Both the position numbers and the translations under genes were made by a program. From Alphaproteobacteria bacterium (GTDB taxonomy: Bacteria; Pseudomonadota; Alphaproteobacteria; UBA828): DNA of 64,000 nt. Where the stretch lies: contig CAXXMU010000002.1 in assembly GCA_963667785.2 (NCBI GenBank), forward strand, positions 192,001 to 256,000, read 5' to 3'. This document shows, in pieces, positions 41,338 to 50,272 of this stretch (positions are counted from its first letter, which is position 1; every line of letters begins with the position of its first letter). Below the pieces are notes generated by a model that was not told the DNA's origin, did not search any database, and saw only the letters and a list, made by a program, of their open reading frames with translations.

Positions 41338-41792
41338 GCAGCAACGCGAGCACCAAGGGGGCGGCCGCGCAGGACGTCCAGTTCAACACGGTGCGCGCCG
41401 TGATGTCGTCGATGCCGGCCCCGATCGACGGCATGGCCACGGTTCACGAGGCCCTCGAGCGGATGCGCGAGGAGCAGGTGTACTCCCTCGTGGTCAAGCG
41501 GCGCCGGCCCGGCGACGAGTACGGCCTCATCGTGGTCTCCGACATCGCCAACAAGGTGATCGCGGAGAATCGCTCTCCCGATCGCGTGAATGTCTACGAG
41601 ATCATGTCGAAGCCCGTGGTTACCGTGAGCGCGGACATGGAGATCAAGTACGCGATCCGGCTCCTCGGCCGCTTCGGCCTGTCGCGCGGCGTGGTGGTCG
41701 ACGGCAACGAGGCAGTCGGATTCATCACGCTGACCGACATGGTGTTCCGCTTCTACGAGCACGAGGCGGTGCGGCGGGAGCCGCCGGGATAA
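41334..41792 (+). CDS. Stand-alone CBS-pair protein
   Basis: Two CBS repeats (YGLIVVSDI; VYEIMSKPV; VGFITLTDM). Confidence 0.85.
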   Translation: MSSNASTKGAAAQDVQFNTVRAVMSSMPAPIDGMATVHEALERMREEQVYSLVVKRRRPGDEYGLIVVSDIANKVIAENRSPDRVNVYEIMSKPVVTVSADMEIKYAIRLLGRFGLSRGVVVDGNEAVGFITLTDMVFRFYEHEAVRREPPG

Positions 41793-41804
41793 GGCCGGCC
41801 GGCG

Positions 41805-42614
41805 ATGACCGCTTCCCCCTCCGTGCAGGGTGACCGGGACCGGCCGGGTGCCGGCGCCATGCCGCGGGCAGCCCTGATCACCGGCGCCGCGGTGCGCATC
41901 GGCCGCACCGTTGCGGAGGCGCTCGCGCAGGACGGATGGGCCGTCGCGGTGCATCATCACGGGTCGCAGGAGGCTGCCGGCAGCGTGGTCGCGGGCATCG
42001 AGAGCGGCGGCGGCCGCGCCGTGGCGCTCCGCGCCGATCTCGCCGAGGAGGCCGAGGTCGAGACCCTGGTGGCGCGGGCGGTTGACGCGATCGGGCCGCT
42101 CGGCTGCCTCGTCAACAACGCCTCCGTCTTCGACTACGACGACATGGAGAGCGCGGACCGGGCGGGCTGGGAGCGCCACATGGCGGTCAATCTGCGCGCG
42201 CCCTTCGTGCTGATGCAGGCCTTCGCGGCCGCATTGCCGGCGGGGGCGGAGGGGTGCGTCGTCAACGTGATCGACCAGCGCGTCTGGAACCTGACGCCGC
42301 ACTTCGTGTCCTACACGCTCAGCAAGGCCGGCCTGTGGACGCTCACGCAGACGGCGGCGCTCGCGCTCGCGCCGCGCATCCGGGTGAACGGCATCGGCCC
42401 CGGCCCGACGCTGCCCAGCGTCCGCCAGAGCCGCGAGCACTTCGCCGCGCAATACGAGGCCACGCCGCTGCAACGCAGCGTCGCGCCGGCCGACATCGCC
42501 GACGGCATACGCTTCATCCTCGGCGCGCGCGCGCTCACCGGGCAGATGATCGCGCTGGACAGCGGCCAGCACCTCGGCTGGGCGATGCCGAAGGGGGAAC
42601 GGATCCTGGAATGA
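41805..42614 (+). CDS. SDR oxidoreductase, FolM/pteridine reductase-like
   Basis: TGAAVRIG, NNASVF and SYTLSK; overlaps folB. Confidence 0.82.
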   Translation: MTASPSVQGDRDRPGAGAMPRAALITGAAVRIGRTVAEALAQDGWAVAVHHHGSQEAAGSVVAGIESGGGRAVALRADLAEEAEVETLVARAVDAIGPLGCLVNNASVFDYDDMESADRAGWERHMAVNLRAPFVLMQAFAAALPAGAEGCVVNVIDQRVWNLTPHFVSYTLSKAGLWTLTQTAALALAPRIRVNGIGPGPTLPSVRQSREHFAAQYEATPLQRSVAPADIADGIRFILGARALTGQMIALDSGQHLGWAMPKGERILE

Positions 42615-43009
42615 CCGCAACAGACCCGACGGCGCGCTCCGAATCCGGGCGGCGCTGCCTGCTGATCCACGATCTGGTCGTGCTCTGCTCGATCGGCGTC
42701 CACCCGCACGAGCACCACCGCACCCAACGGGTGCGCATCAATGCCCGGGTCCGGGTGGCCGACGCGGACGGGCCGCTGGACGACCGCATCGCCAACGTCG
42801 TCTCCTACGAGACGATCGTGGACGGCATCCGCGCCATCATCGCTGGCGGCCACATCAATCTGGTGGAGACGCTGGCCGACCGTATCGTCGATCTCTGCCT
42901 CGCCAACCCTCGCGTGCGCGGCGCGTGGGTGCGGCTCGAGAAGCTCGACCTCTACCCGGATGCCGACGGGGTCGGCGTCGAGGTCGAGCGGAACCGCGAC
43001 GAGGTCTAG
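42611..43009 (+). CDS. folB: Dihydroneopterin aldolase
   Basis: IGVHPHE..QRVRIN, VSYE, LVETLA, EKLD and GVEVER; ATG overlaps the SDR stop. Confidence 0.88.
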   Translation: MTATDPTARSESGRRCLLIHDLVVLCSIGVHPHEHHRTQRVRINARVRVADADGPLDDRIANVVSYETIVDGIRAIIAGGHINLVETLADRIVDLCLANPRVRGAWVRLEKLDLYPDADGVGVEVERNRDEV

Positions 43010-43065
43010 GCTACCAGGCTAACCCAGCACCCGGCCGGCGACGGCGTCGAGGCGTCGCACCAGCT

Positions 43066-43914
43066 CTAACCCAGAGCCGGATCGCGGGCTTCCGGCGCCG
43101 TGATCAGCGCGTTCTCCAGTGCCCGGTCGCAGCCGGCGGGGCAGAGCGCTCGCTCGCCCGAGAGCGCCTCGCCCAGCGCCGCCACCAGACGGCGCGCGGC
43201 GGCCGCGTTCTCCTGCAGGGTGCGCACGATGGCCTCGACCGTGACGGCGGCGTGGTCCGGGTGCCAGCAGTCGTAGTCGGTCACCATCGCGACGGTCGCG
43301 TAGCAGATCTCCGCCTCGCGGGCGAGCTTGGCCTCTGGCATGTTGGTCATGCCGATCACCGCGCAGCCCCACTGCCGGTAGAGCTCCGATTCGGCCACCG
43401 TCGAGAACTGCGGCCCTTCCATCGCGAGATAGGTGCCGCCCCGGACGATGGCGAGGCCGACGTCCCCGCCGGCAGCCTGCAGGCGGTCGCCGAGGCGCGG
43501 GCACACGGGCTCGGCCATGGAGACATGGGCGGCGCAGCCGGCGCCGAAGAAGCTCTTCTCGCGCGCGACCGTGCGGTCGATGAACTGGTCGACGACGACG
43601 AACTCGCCCGGCGCGATGTCCTCGCGCAGGCTGCCCACCGCGCTGAGCGAGACGATATCGGTCACGCCCGCGCGCTTGAGGGCGTCGATATTGGCGCGGT
43701 AGTCGACCGCATCGGGCGGCAGCCCGTGGCCCCGGCCGTGGCGCGGCAGGAACACCATCTCGATGCCCCCGAGCCGCCCCAGGAGAAGGGAATCCGACGG
43801 CGTGCCGAAGGGTGAGCGGACCTCGATCCGCTCGGTCTCGCTCAGTCCCTCGATCTCGTAGAGGCCGCTGCCGCCGATGACGCCCAGGCGGACCGGGGTG
43901 GTCTGTTCGGCCAC
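43066..43914 (-). CDS. mtnP: S-methyl-5'-thioadenosine phosphorylase (C-terminus shortened by an 11-nt insertion)
   Basis: GVIGGSG, PRHGRGH, SAVGSL, EGPQFST, GMTNMPEAKLAREA and VTDYDCW. Confidence 0.9.
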   Translation of the reverse strand: MAEQTTPVRLGVIGGSGLYEIEGLSETERIEVRSPFGTPSDSLLLGRLGGIEMVFLPRHGRGHGLPPDAVDYRANIDALKRAGVTDIVSLSAVGSLREDIAPGEFVVVDQFIDRTVAREKSFFGAGCAAHVSMAEPVCPRLGDRLQAAGGDVGLAIVRGGTYLAMEGPQFSTVAESELYRQWGCAVIGMTNMPEAKLAREAEICYATVAMVTDYDCWHPDHAAVTVEAIVRTLQENAAAARRLVAALGEALSGERALCPAGCDRALENALITAPEARDPALG

Positions 43915-43933
43915 GGACGCCCGCTAGCCCAGG

Positions 43934-44602
43934 CTAGCCCAGGTGGCGCGCGAGGTGGGCGAGGGAGCGGTCACGGGCGAGCGCGGCGGCATCAGGGTGG
44001 TAGTCCGCCCGCTGGTCGCAGTTGAAGCCGTGGCCCGCGCCCTGATAGACGTGCACCGCCACGTCGGGGTGGGTCGTCTTGATCTCGTCCACGTCGGCCA
44101 TCGGGATGCCCGCATCCTCGGTGCCGAAATGGAGCATGGTCGGGCAGCCCGGCGCCTCGCCCACGAACTCGATGATCTGGCCGCCGTAGTAGCCGACCGC
44201 CGTGTCGATCTCCAGCCGGCAGGCGGAGAGCCAGGCGAGCGAGCCGCCCCAGCAGTAGCCCACAACGCCTATCTTCGCCGCGCCCTCGAGCGCGTCGACG
44301 CCGGCCTTGATGTCCATGACGGGGCCTTCCCAGCCGATATCGGCCTTGAGCGCGCGGCCCTCGTCCACCGTCTCCGCGCTGTAGCCCAGCTCGATGCCGG
44401 CTTTCTTGCGGTCGAAGAGCGCCGGTGCCAGCACCAGGTAGCCCTGGGCCGCGTAGTCGTCGCACACCGAGCGGATATGGCCGTTGACCCCGAATATCTC
44501 CTGCACGAGCACGAGGGCTGCGCGCGCCTCGCCGTCGGGCGCGGCCCGGTATGCGTCGAGAACGTGACCGTCGTCCGCGGTCAGCCGGACAACTGCGCCC
44601 AT
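43934..44602 (-). CDS. Dienelactone hydrolase family protein
   Basis: QEIFGVN, GYCWGG and GAGHGFNCD. Confidence 0.92.
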   Translation of the reverse strand: MGAVVRLTADDGHVLDAYRAAPDGEARAALVLVQEIFGVNGHIRSVCDDYAAQGYLVLAPALFDRKKAGIELGYSAETVDEGRALKADIGWEGPVMDIKAGVDALEGAAKIGVVGYCWGGSLAWLSACRLEIDTAVGYYGGQIIEFVGEAPGCPTMLHFGTEDAGIPMADVDEIKTTHPDVAVHVYQGAGHGFNCDQRADYHPDAAALARDRSLAHLARHLG

Positions 44603-44699
44603 CGGGGGTGCCTCCCTTTTCCACTGTTCTGCCGCGCGTCTGCGCGCGCGTGGTGTTCACATAGCAGATGGGGCAAGGCCGTGCCACATGTTGGGCGGG

Positions 44700-45803
44700 T
44701 TAGACGTTGAAGCGGAACAGCATGACGTCGCCGTCGCGGACCACGTAGGCGCGGCCCTCCTGGCGCATGCGGCCGGCGCTGCGGGCGGCATGGTCGCCGC
44801 CGAGCGCGATCAGCTCGTCGGCTGCGATCGTCTCCGCACAGATGAAGCCGCGGGCGAAGTCGGTGTGGACGCGTCCCGCCGCCTCGACCGCGGTGCTGCC
44901 TGCGACGATGGGCCAGGCGCGGGCTTCCGTCTCCGTGGCGGTGATGAAGCGGATCAGGCCCAGCAGCCGGTGGCCGGCCTGGATCACCCGGTCGAGGCCC
45001 GGCGCCTCGAGCCCGATCGCGTCGAGGAACGCAGCCTTCTCGACGGGATCGTCGAGCTGGGCGATCTCCGCCTCGATCGCAGCCGAGATCATGACATGCC
45101 CGGCGCCCGCAGCGTCGGCGTGGGCTCCCACCGCGTCGCTCATGGCGTTGCCTGCGGCCGCGCTCTCCTCGTCGACGTTGCTGACGTAGAGGACCGGCTT
45201 CGTGCTGAGCAGGTTCAGCGCCGCGAGCGCGTGCCGGGTCGCCTCGTCCGCCGTATCGGGCGCGCGTGCCGGGCGGCCGCTCTCGACCAGCGCGAGCGCC
45301 GGCTCTATCGCCGCGAGCCGCTCTTGCGCTTCCCTGTCGCCGCCGCGGGCACGCTTCAGCGCGCCGTCGCGCTGGCGTTCCAGGCTCTCCAGGTCCGCCA
45401 GCAGGAGCTCGGTCTCGATCAGGGCGATGTCGTGCAGGGGATCGACGGCGCCGGGGCCGTGCGCCACCTGATCGTCTTCGAAGCAGCGGACCAGGTGGAG
45501 CAGCGCGTCGGCCTCACGCACATGACCGAGGAAGCGGTTGCCCAGCCCTTCGCCCGTGCTGGCGCCGGCGACCAGGCCGGCGATATCGACCACCTCCAGC
45601 ACACTCGGCACCACCTTGCGCGAGCCCGCGAGCCGCGCCACCCCGACCAGCGCCTCGTCCGGCACGGGCGCGAGCCCGACGTTGGGGTCGACGGTGCAGA
45701 AGGGATAGTTGCCGACCTCGGCCGCGCCGCTCCCCACCAACGCGTTGAAGAGCGTGGACTTGCCCACGTTGGGCAGACCCACGATGCCGCACCTAAAGCC
45801 CAT
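44700..45803 (-). CDS. ychF: Redox-regulated ATPase YchF
   Basis: GLPNVGKST, YPFCT, DIAGLV, GEGLGNRFL and a TGS domain. Confidence 0.95.
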   Translation of the reverse strand: MGFRCGIVGLPNVGKSTLFNALVGSGAAEVGNYPFCTVDPNVGLAPVPDEALVGVARLAGSRKVVPSVLEVVDIAGLVAGASTGEGLGNRFLGHVREADALLHLVRCFEDDQVAHGPGAVDPLHDIALIETELLLADLESLERQRDGALKRARGGDREAQERLAAIEPALALVESGRPARAPDTADEATRHALAALNLLSTKPVLYVSNVDEESAAAGNAMSDAVGAHADAAGAGHVMISAAIEAEIAQLDDPVEKAAFLDAIGLEAPGLDRVIQAGHRLLGLIRFITATETEARAWPIVAGSTAVEAAGRVHTDFARGFICAETIAADELIALGGDHAARSAGRMRQEGRAYVVRDGDVMLFRFNV

Positions 45804-46482
45804 CTCCGGGCTCCGGCGGCCGGCCCGTGGCCACCCGCTCCGTCTCCTCCCGTCTCGTGCCCGGAGGTGGGGCGAGCAGGGCCACCCGGCTCATGAAGCC
45901 GCTGGCGTCGCCGGCCATCAGTAGGGGAAAGGCGTCGACGATGGCATCCAGGGTCCGGGGCAGCCACGCCCTGTCGGCGGCGGCGAAGTTGGAGAGAACG
46001 TAGCGCTGCATCAGGTCCCGGTCGTCGGGGCGGCCGATGCCGATCCGCACCCGCCAGAACTCGGCGCCGACATGCGCGCGGATGCTTCTCAGGCCGTTGT
46101 GGCCGGCGACGCCGCCACCGCATCGCGCGCGCACCTTGCCGCAGGCCAGATCGACTTCGTCGTGCAGGACGATGACGGCCGCAGGCTCCAGGCGATGGAA
46201 GCGGAGCGCGGCACCGACGGCGCGGCCGGACTCGTTCATGTAGGTCTGCGGCTTGAGCGCGAGAACGGCGTCGTCGCCCACGCGGCCCTCTGCGATCTCC
46301 GCGTGGAAGCGGGTGCGCCGCCTGAAGGTGCCGAAGCCGTGCGCGCCCGCCAGCGCGTCGAGCGCCATGAAGCCGACATTATGCCGGTGCCCGGCCGCAT
46401 CCGCGCCGGGATTGCCGAGGCCGACCAGCAGGCGGGCGGGCGCACCCGCCGGGGCGGCGCGGGAGCGGCGGAAGAAGGCCGT
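45793..46482 (-). CDS. pth: Peptidyl-tRNA hydrolase (no in-frame ATG/GTG near the expected start; probable ACG start)
   Basis: LVGLGNPG, RHNVGF, KPQTYMNESG, GHNGLRS and RIGIGRP; rplY-pth-ychF synteny. Confidence 0.9.
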   Translation of the reverse strand, partial: TAFFRRSRAAPAGAPARLLVGLGNPGADAAGHRHNVGFMALDALAGAHGFGTFRRRTRFHAEIAEGRVGDDAVLALKPQTYMNESGRAVGAALRFHRLEPAAVIVLHDEVDLACGKVRARCGGGVAGHNGLRSIRAHVGAEFWRVRIGIGRPDDRDLMQRYVLSNFAAADRAWLPRTLDAIVDAFPLLMAGDASGFMSRVALLAPPPGTRREETERVATGRPPEPGDGL

Positions 46483-46483
46483 G

Positions 46484-47167
46484 CTATGACTCCTCGCCGT
46501 CGTCGGCAGGCGCGGCCTCGGCATCCTCCTCCGCACCTTCCTCGCCGTCCACCTCTTCGTCGCCCTCCTCGCCTTCCTCTTCCTCGACCGGCTCGACGAT
46601 GATCGTGGGCGCGGCGATGGTAGCGACGGTGAAGTCACGGTCCGTGATGGCGGGCGTGACGCCTTCGGGCAGGTCGATGTCGCTGATGTGGATGCTGTCG
46701 CCGATCTCGCGCCCGGCGACGTCGGCCACGATATGCTCGGGGATCGCCTCGATCGGGCAGACGAGCTCGACTTCGTGGCGGACGATATTCAGGACGCCGC
46801 CCCGCTTCAGGCCCTCGCTTTCCTCCTGACCCACGAACAGCACCTCCACCGAGACCGCCATGGTGGCGCCCGCGACATAGCGGATGAAGTCGATGTGGAT
46901 CGGCGCGTCGGTCACCGGGTCGACCTGAACGTCGCGGGCGAGGACGCGCACCGTGTCGTCGCCGATCTTGAGGTCGTAGAGGCGGGCGAAGAAGCCGCGC
47001 CGGTTGAGCTCGCGTTCGAGCATGTTGTGATCAAGGGAGACGCAGAGCGGCTCGCCGTCGCCGCCATAGACGATGGCCGGCGTGCGGCCGTCGCGCCGCA
47101 GCGCCCGCGCGCCTCCCTTGCCACGCGGCTCGCGCGGCTGTGCATCGATGACTGCTTGCTCGCTCAT
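46484..47167 (-). CDS. rplY: 50S ribosomal protein L25/Ctc
   Basis: GKGGARALRR, PAIVYG, HIDF and GLKRGG; acidic tail. Confidence 0.95.
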   Translation of the reverse strand: MSEQAVIDAQPREPRGKGGARALRRDGRTPAIVYGGDGEPLCVSLDHNMLERELNRRGFFARLYDLKIGDDTVRVLARDVQVDPVTDAPIHIDFIRYVAGATMAVSVEVLFVGQEESEGLKRGGVLNIVRHEVELVCPIEAIPEHIVADVAGREIGDSIHISDIDLPEGVTPAITDRDFTVATIAAPTIIVEPVEEEEGEEGDEEVDGEEGAEEDAEAAPADDGEES

Positions 47168-47201
47168 GGTCCTGCTTTCCGGGAGTTCTGGCCCGCTCGC
47201 C

Positions 47202-48134
<933 letters not shown>

Positions 48135-48207
48135 CGATGACGGTTCCCTGGAGACTGCGACGGGGTGAGGCCTGCCGGGCCACGTCGCTGACCCTGAAGG
48201 CGCGCGG

Positions 48208-48236
48208 ACTGTATCAATCCGCCCCCGCCCTGTAAA
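48208..48236 (-). promoter_or_regulatory. Putative sigma70 promoter of prs-rplY-pth-ychF
   Basis: TTTACA-17 nt-TACAGT on the minus strand, about 75 nt upstream of the prs ATG. Confidence 0.55.
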
Positions 48237-48241
48237 CGGCG

Positions 48242-49414
48242 TTACCGAACGGTTACCGAGGGCTCGATCGGCGCTCCCACCGTCGTCTCGGGCACGATGC
48301 GAGCGTCGACCGTCACCAGGGGCTCGATCGGCGCCTCGACCGGGGCCGGAACGGCGCTCCGTGTCGCGACCGAGACCGGGGACGCGATAACCGACCGTGC
48401 CGCTATCGAGAGCGCGATCGGCGCTCTGGGCGCCACGTCGGGCGACAATTCGGGTGGCGCGGCAGGCTGCAATTCGGGCTGCGCGGCGGGCGTCGTCGTG
48501 CGCTTCGTTGCAAGTGCAGTTGCGACCGGCGCGGCGCGGTGGAGAAGCTCGGCGATGCCGGGCGCGGCGGCGCTCGCAACGGTCTCCGCGAGCGAGGTCC
48601 ATGAGCCGGCCAGGCGCGCCCATCGCACCCGGTTGCTCTGGGTGACGGTGCCGATCCTGCTGCCGTCCGGCCGCAACAGCGTCCAGGCGATGGCGACCGC
48701 GGCGTCGCCTGCGGCCGCGCTGCCCGGTTCCACCGAGACGCGGCCGAGGATCTGGACCGTTGCCTCGTTTGGAACGTCGGCGACCGCGACGCCCGCACCG
48801 GCGAGGGAGCGACGCATGGCGCGCGCGAGCGCAGGCCCGCCGTCGCCCGGCGCGCCGTGGACCCCGGCCACGACCACGGGCGTCGTCACCGGGGCTCGGC
48901 GCGCTTCGTCCGCCGTCGGCGCGAGGGCGGCGGCGACGCGCCTCGCGGTCCGGTCCGCGATGGCCGCCAGATCCCGCGCCGTCGCGCCCTGCCACGCCCC
49001 GCCGGGGGCCGCCTCCTCGAAGCGGAGCGCGGTCTCGCCGCCGGGTGCGACCAGTGCCCAGCGCAACGCGCCGCTGACGGCCGACACCCGCCCCTCGAGC
49101 ACAATGCTGCTGCGGCTCGCCGGGCGTGCGCTCGCCGGCACCTCGCGCGCGTGCAATCCCTCCACGATGCCGCCCACCAGCGCGGACGAGAGCGATGCCG
49201 GCAGCCCGTCCGGCGGCCTCACCGCGACGCTGCCCCAAGTGGAGAGGCCGGCATCCGATTCGCCCGACCAGAGCGCCGCACTCTTCTCGGCCGGCTTGAA
49301 GGGTTGCGGCAGCGGGGTGCAGGCCGCCAGCGCCGCAGCGAGCATCGCGACCAGCGCACAGCGCAGCACCGTTCGCCGACAAGAGGCGCCGGCAGCACCC
49401 CGTGCCGTCGTCAT
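48242..49414 (-). CDS. Hypothetical lipoprotein with a repetitive Pro/Val/Ala-rich tail
   Basis: Lipobox LAAC followed by PQPF; GAPGDG motif; in operon context. Confidence 0.7.
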   Translation of the reverse strand: MTTARGAAGASCRRTVLRCALVAMLAAALAACTPLPQPFKPAEKSAALWSGESDAGLSTWGSVAVRPPDGLPASLSSALVGGIVEGLHAREVPASARPASRSSIVLEGRVSAVSGALRWALVAPGGETALRFEEAAPGGAWQGATARDLAAIADRTARRVAAALAPTADEARRAPVTTPVVVAGVHGAPGDGGPALARAMRRSLAGAGVAVADVPNEATVQILGRVSVEPGSAAAGDAAVAIAWTLLRPDGSRIGTVTQSNRVRWARLAGSWTSLAETVASAAAPGIAELLHRAAPVATALATKRTTTPAAQPELQPAAPPELSPDVAPRAPIALSIAARSVIASPVSVATRSAVPAPVEAPIEPLVTVDARIVPETTVGAPIEPSVTVR

Positions 49415-49491
49415 GGTCCCGATACCGTCAGCACGCAGCTCGCCACCAGCCCGACGAACAAGAGCGCGCCGAAGATGATCACGTAGGGCAT
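49411..49491 (-). CDS. Putative 26-aa single-TM peptide ([26 protein letters not shown])
   Basis: ATG 1 nt after the pgeF stop; its TGA overlaps the next ATG (ATGA); hydrophobic; GC-rich third positions. Confidence 0.6.
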   Translation of the reverse strand: MPYVIIFGALLFVGLVASCVLTVSGP

Positions 49492-49492
49492 G

Positions 49493-50272
49493 TCAGGGCC
49501 CGAGCGCGACGATGGAGATGTTGCGCCCGTAATCCGCCTCGCCCAGCGCGCGGCTCCTGCGGTAGCTGAAGAAGCGGCCCGGCTCCGCGCAGGTATCGCC
49601 GCCGGTCGCCGCGACCGCCGCCAGCCCGAGCCGGCCCAAGCGGCGCCCGACATAGCCGGCGAGGTCGAAGCGGAAGCGCCCGTCCCGCTGCGCGGGCGCG
49701 AACAGGTCCTCGTCCTGCGGTCGCTGCGCGAGGAAGGGTCCCGGAAACTCGGGGCCGACCTCGTAGGAGGCCGCGCCGATGGCGGGGCCGATCACGGCGC
49801 GGATGCCGTCCGCCCGCGCGCCCAGGCCCTGCATGGCCTCGACGGCGGCCTCCAGCACGCCGTTCAGCGCACCGCGCCAGCCCGCGTGCGCAGCCCCGAT
49901 CACGCCCGCCTCGGAATCGGCCAGCAGCACCGGCACGCAGTCGGCGGTGAGGATCGCGAGCGCGAGGCCCGGCGTCGCCGTCGCCATGGCGTCGACCTTG
50001 GGCGCGTCCTCCCGTTTCCACGGCGCGCTCACCGCGAGCGCGCTGGCGCTGTGGACCTGATAGGCGGTGCAGAGCGAGTCCGGCGCCAGATCGCAGGCCG
50101 CGACCGCGCGGGCGCGGTTCTCGCCGACGGCCCCGGGATCGTCGCCCGAGCCCAGGCCGCAATTGAGGGAGCGGTAGAGACCCTCGCTGACCCCGCCTTC
50201 CCGGCCGAAGAAGCCGTGGCGGATGCGGCCGTCCGCGTCCTCCAGCAGCGCGTGGCGAATCGGCAGGGTCAT
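49493..50272 (-). CDS. pgeF: PgeF/YfiH family purine nucleoside enzyme
   Basis: HGFFGREGG, QVHS, TADCVPV, HAGWRG and FFSYRR. Confidence 0.93.
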   Translation of the reverse strand: MTLPIRHALLEDADGRIRHGFFGREGGVSEGLYRSLNCGLGSGDDPGAVGENRARAVAACDLAPDSLCTAYQVHSASALAVSAPWKREDAPKVDAMATATPGLALAILTADCVPVLLADSEAGVIGAAHAGWRGALNGVLEAAVEAMQGLGARADGIRAVIGPAIGAASYEVGPEFPGPFLAQRPQDEDLFAPAQRDGRFRFDLAGYVGRRLGRLGLAAVAATGGDTCAEPGRFFSYRRSRALGEADYGRNISIVALGP

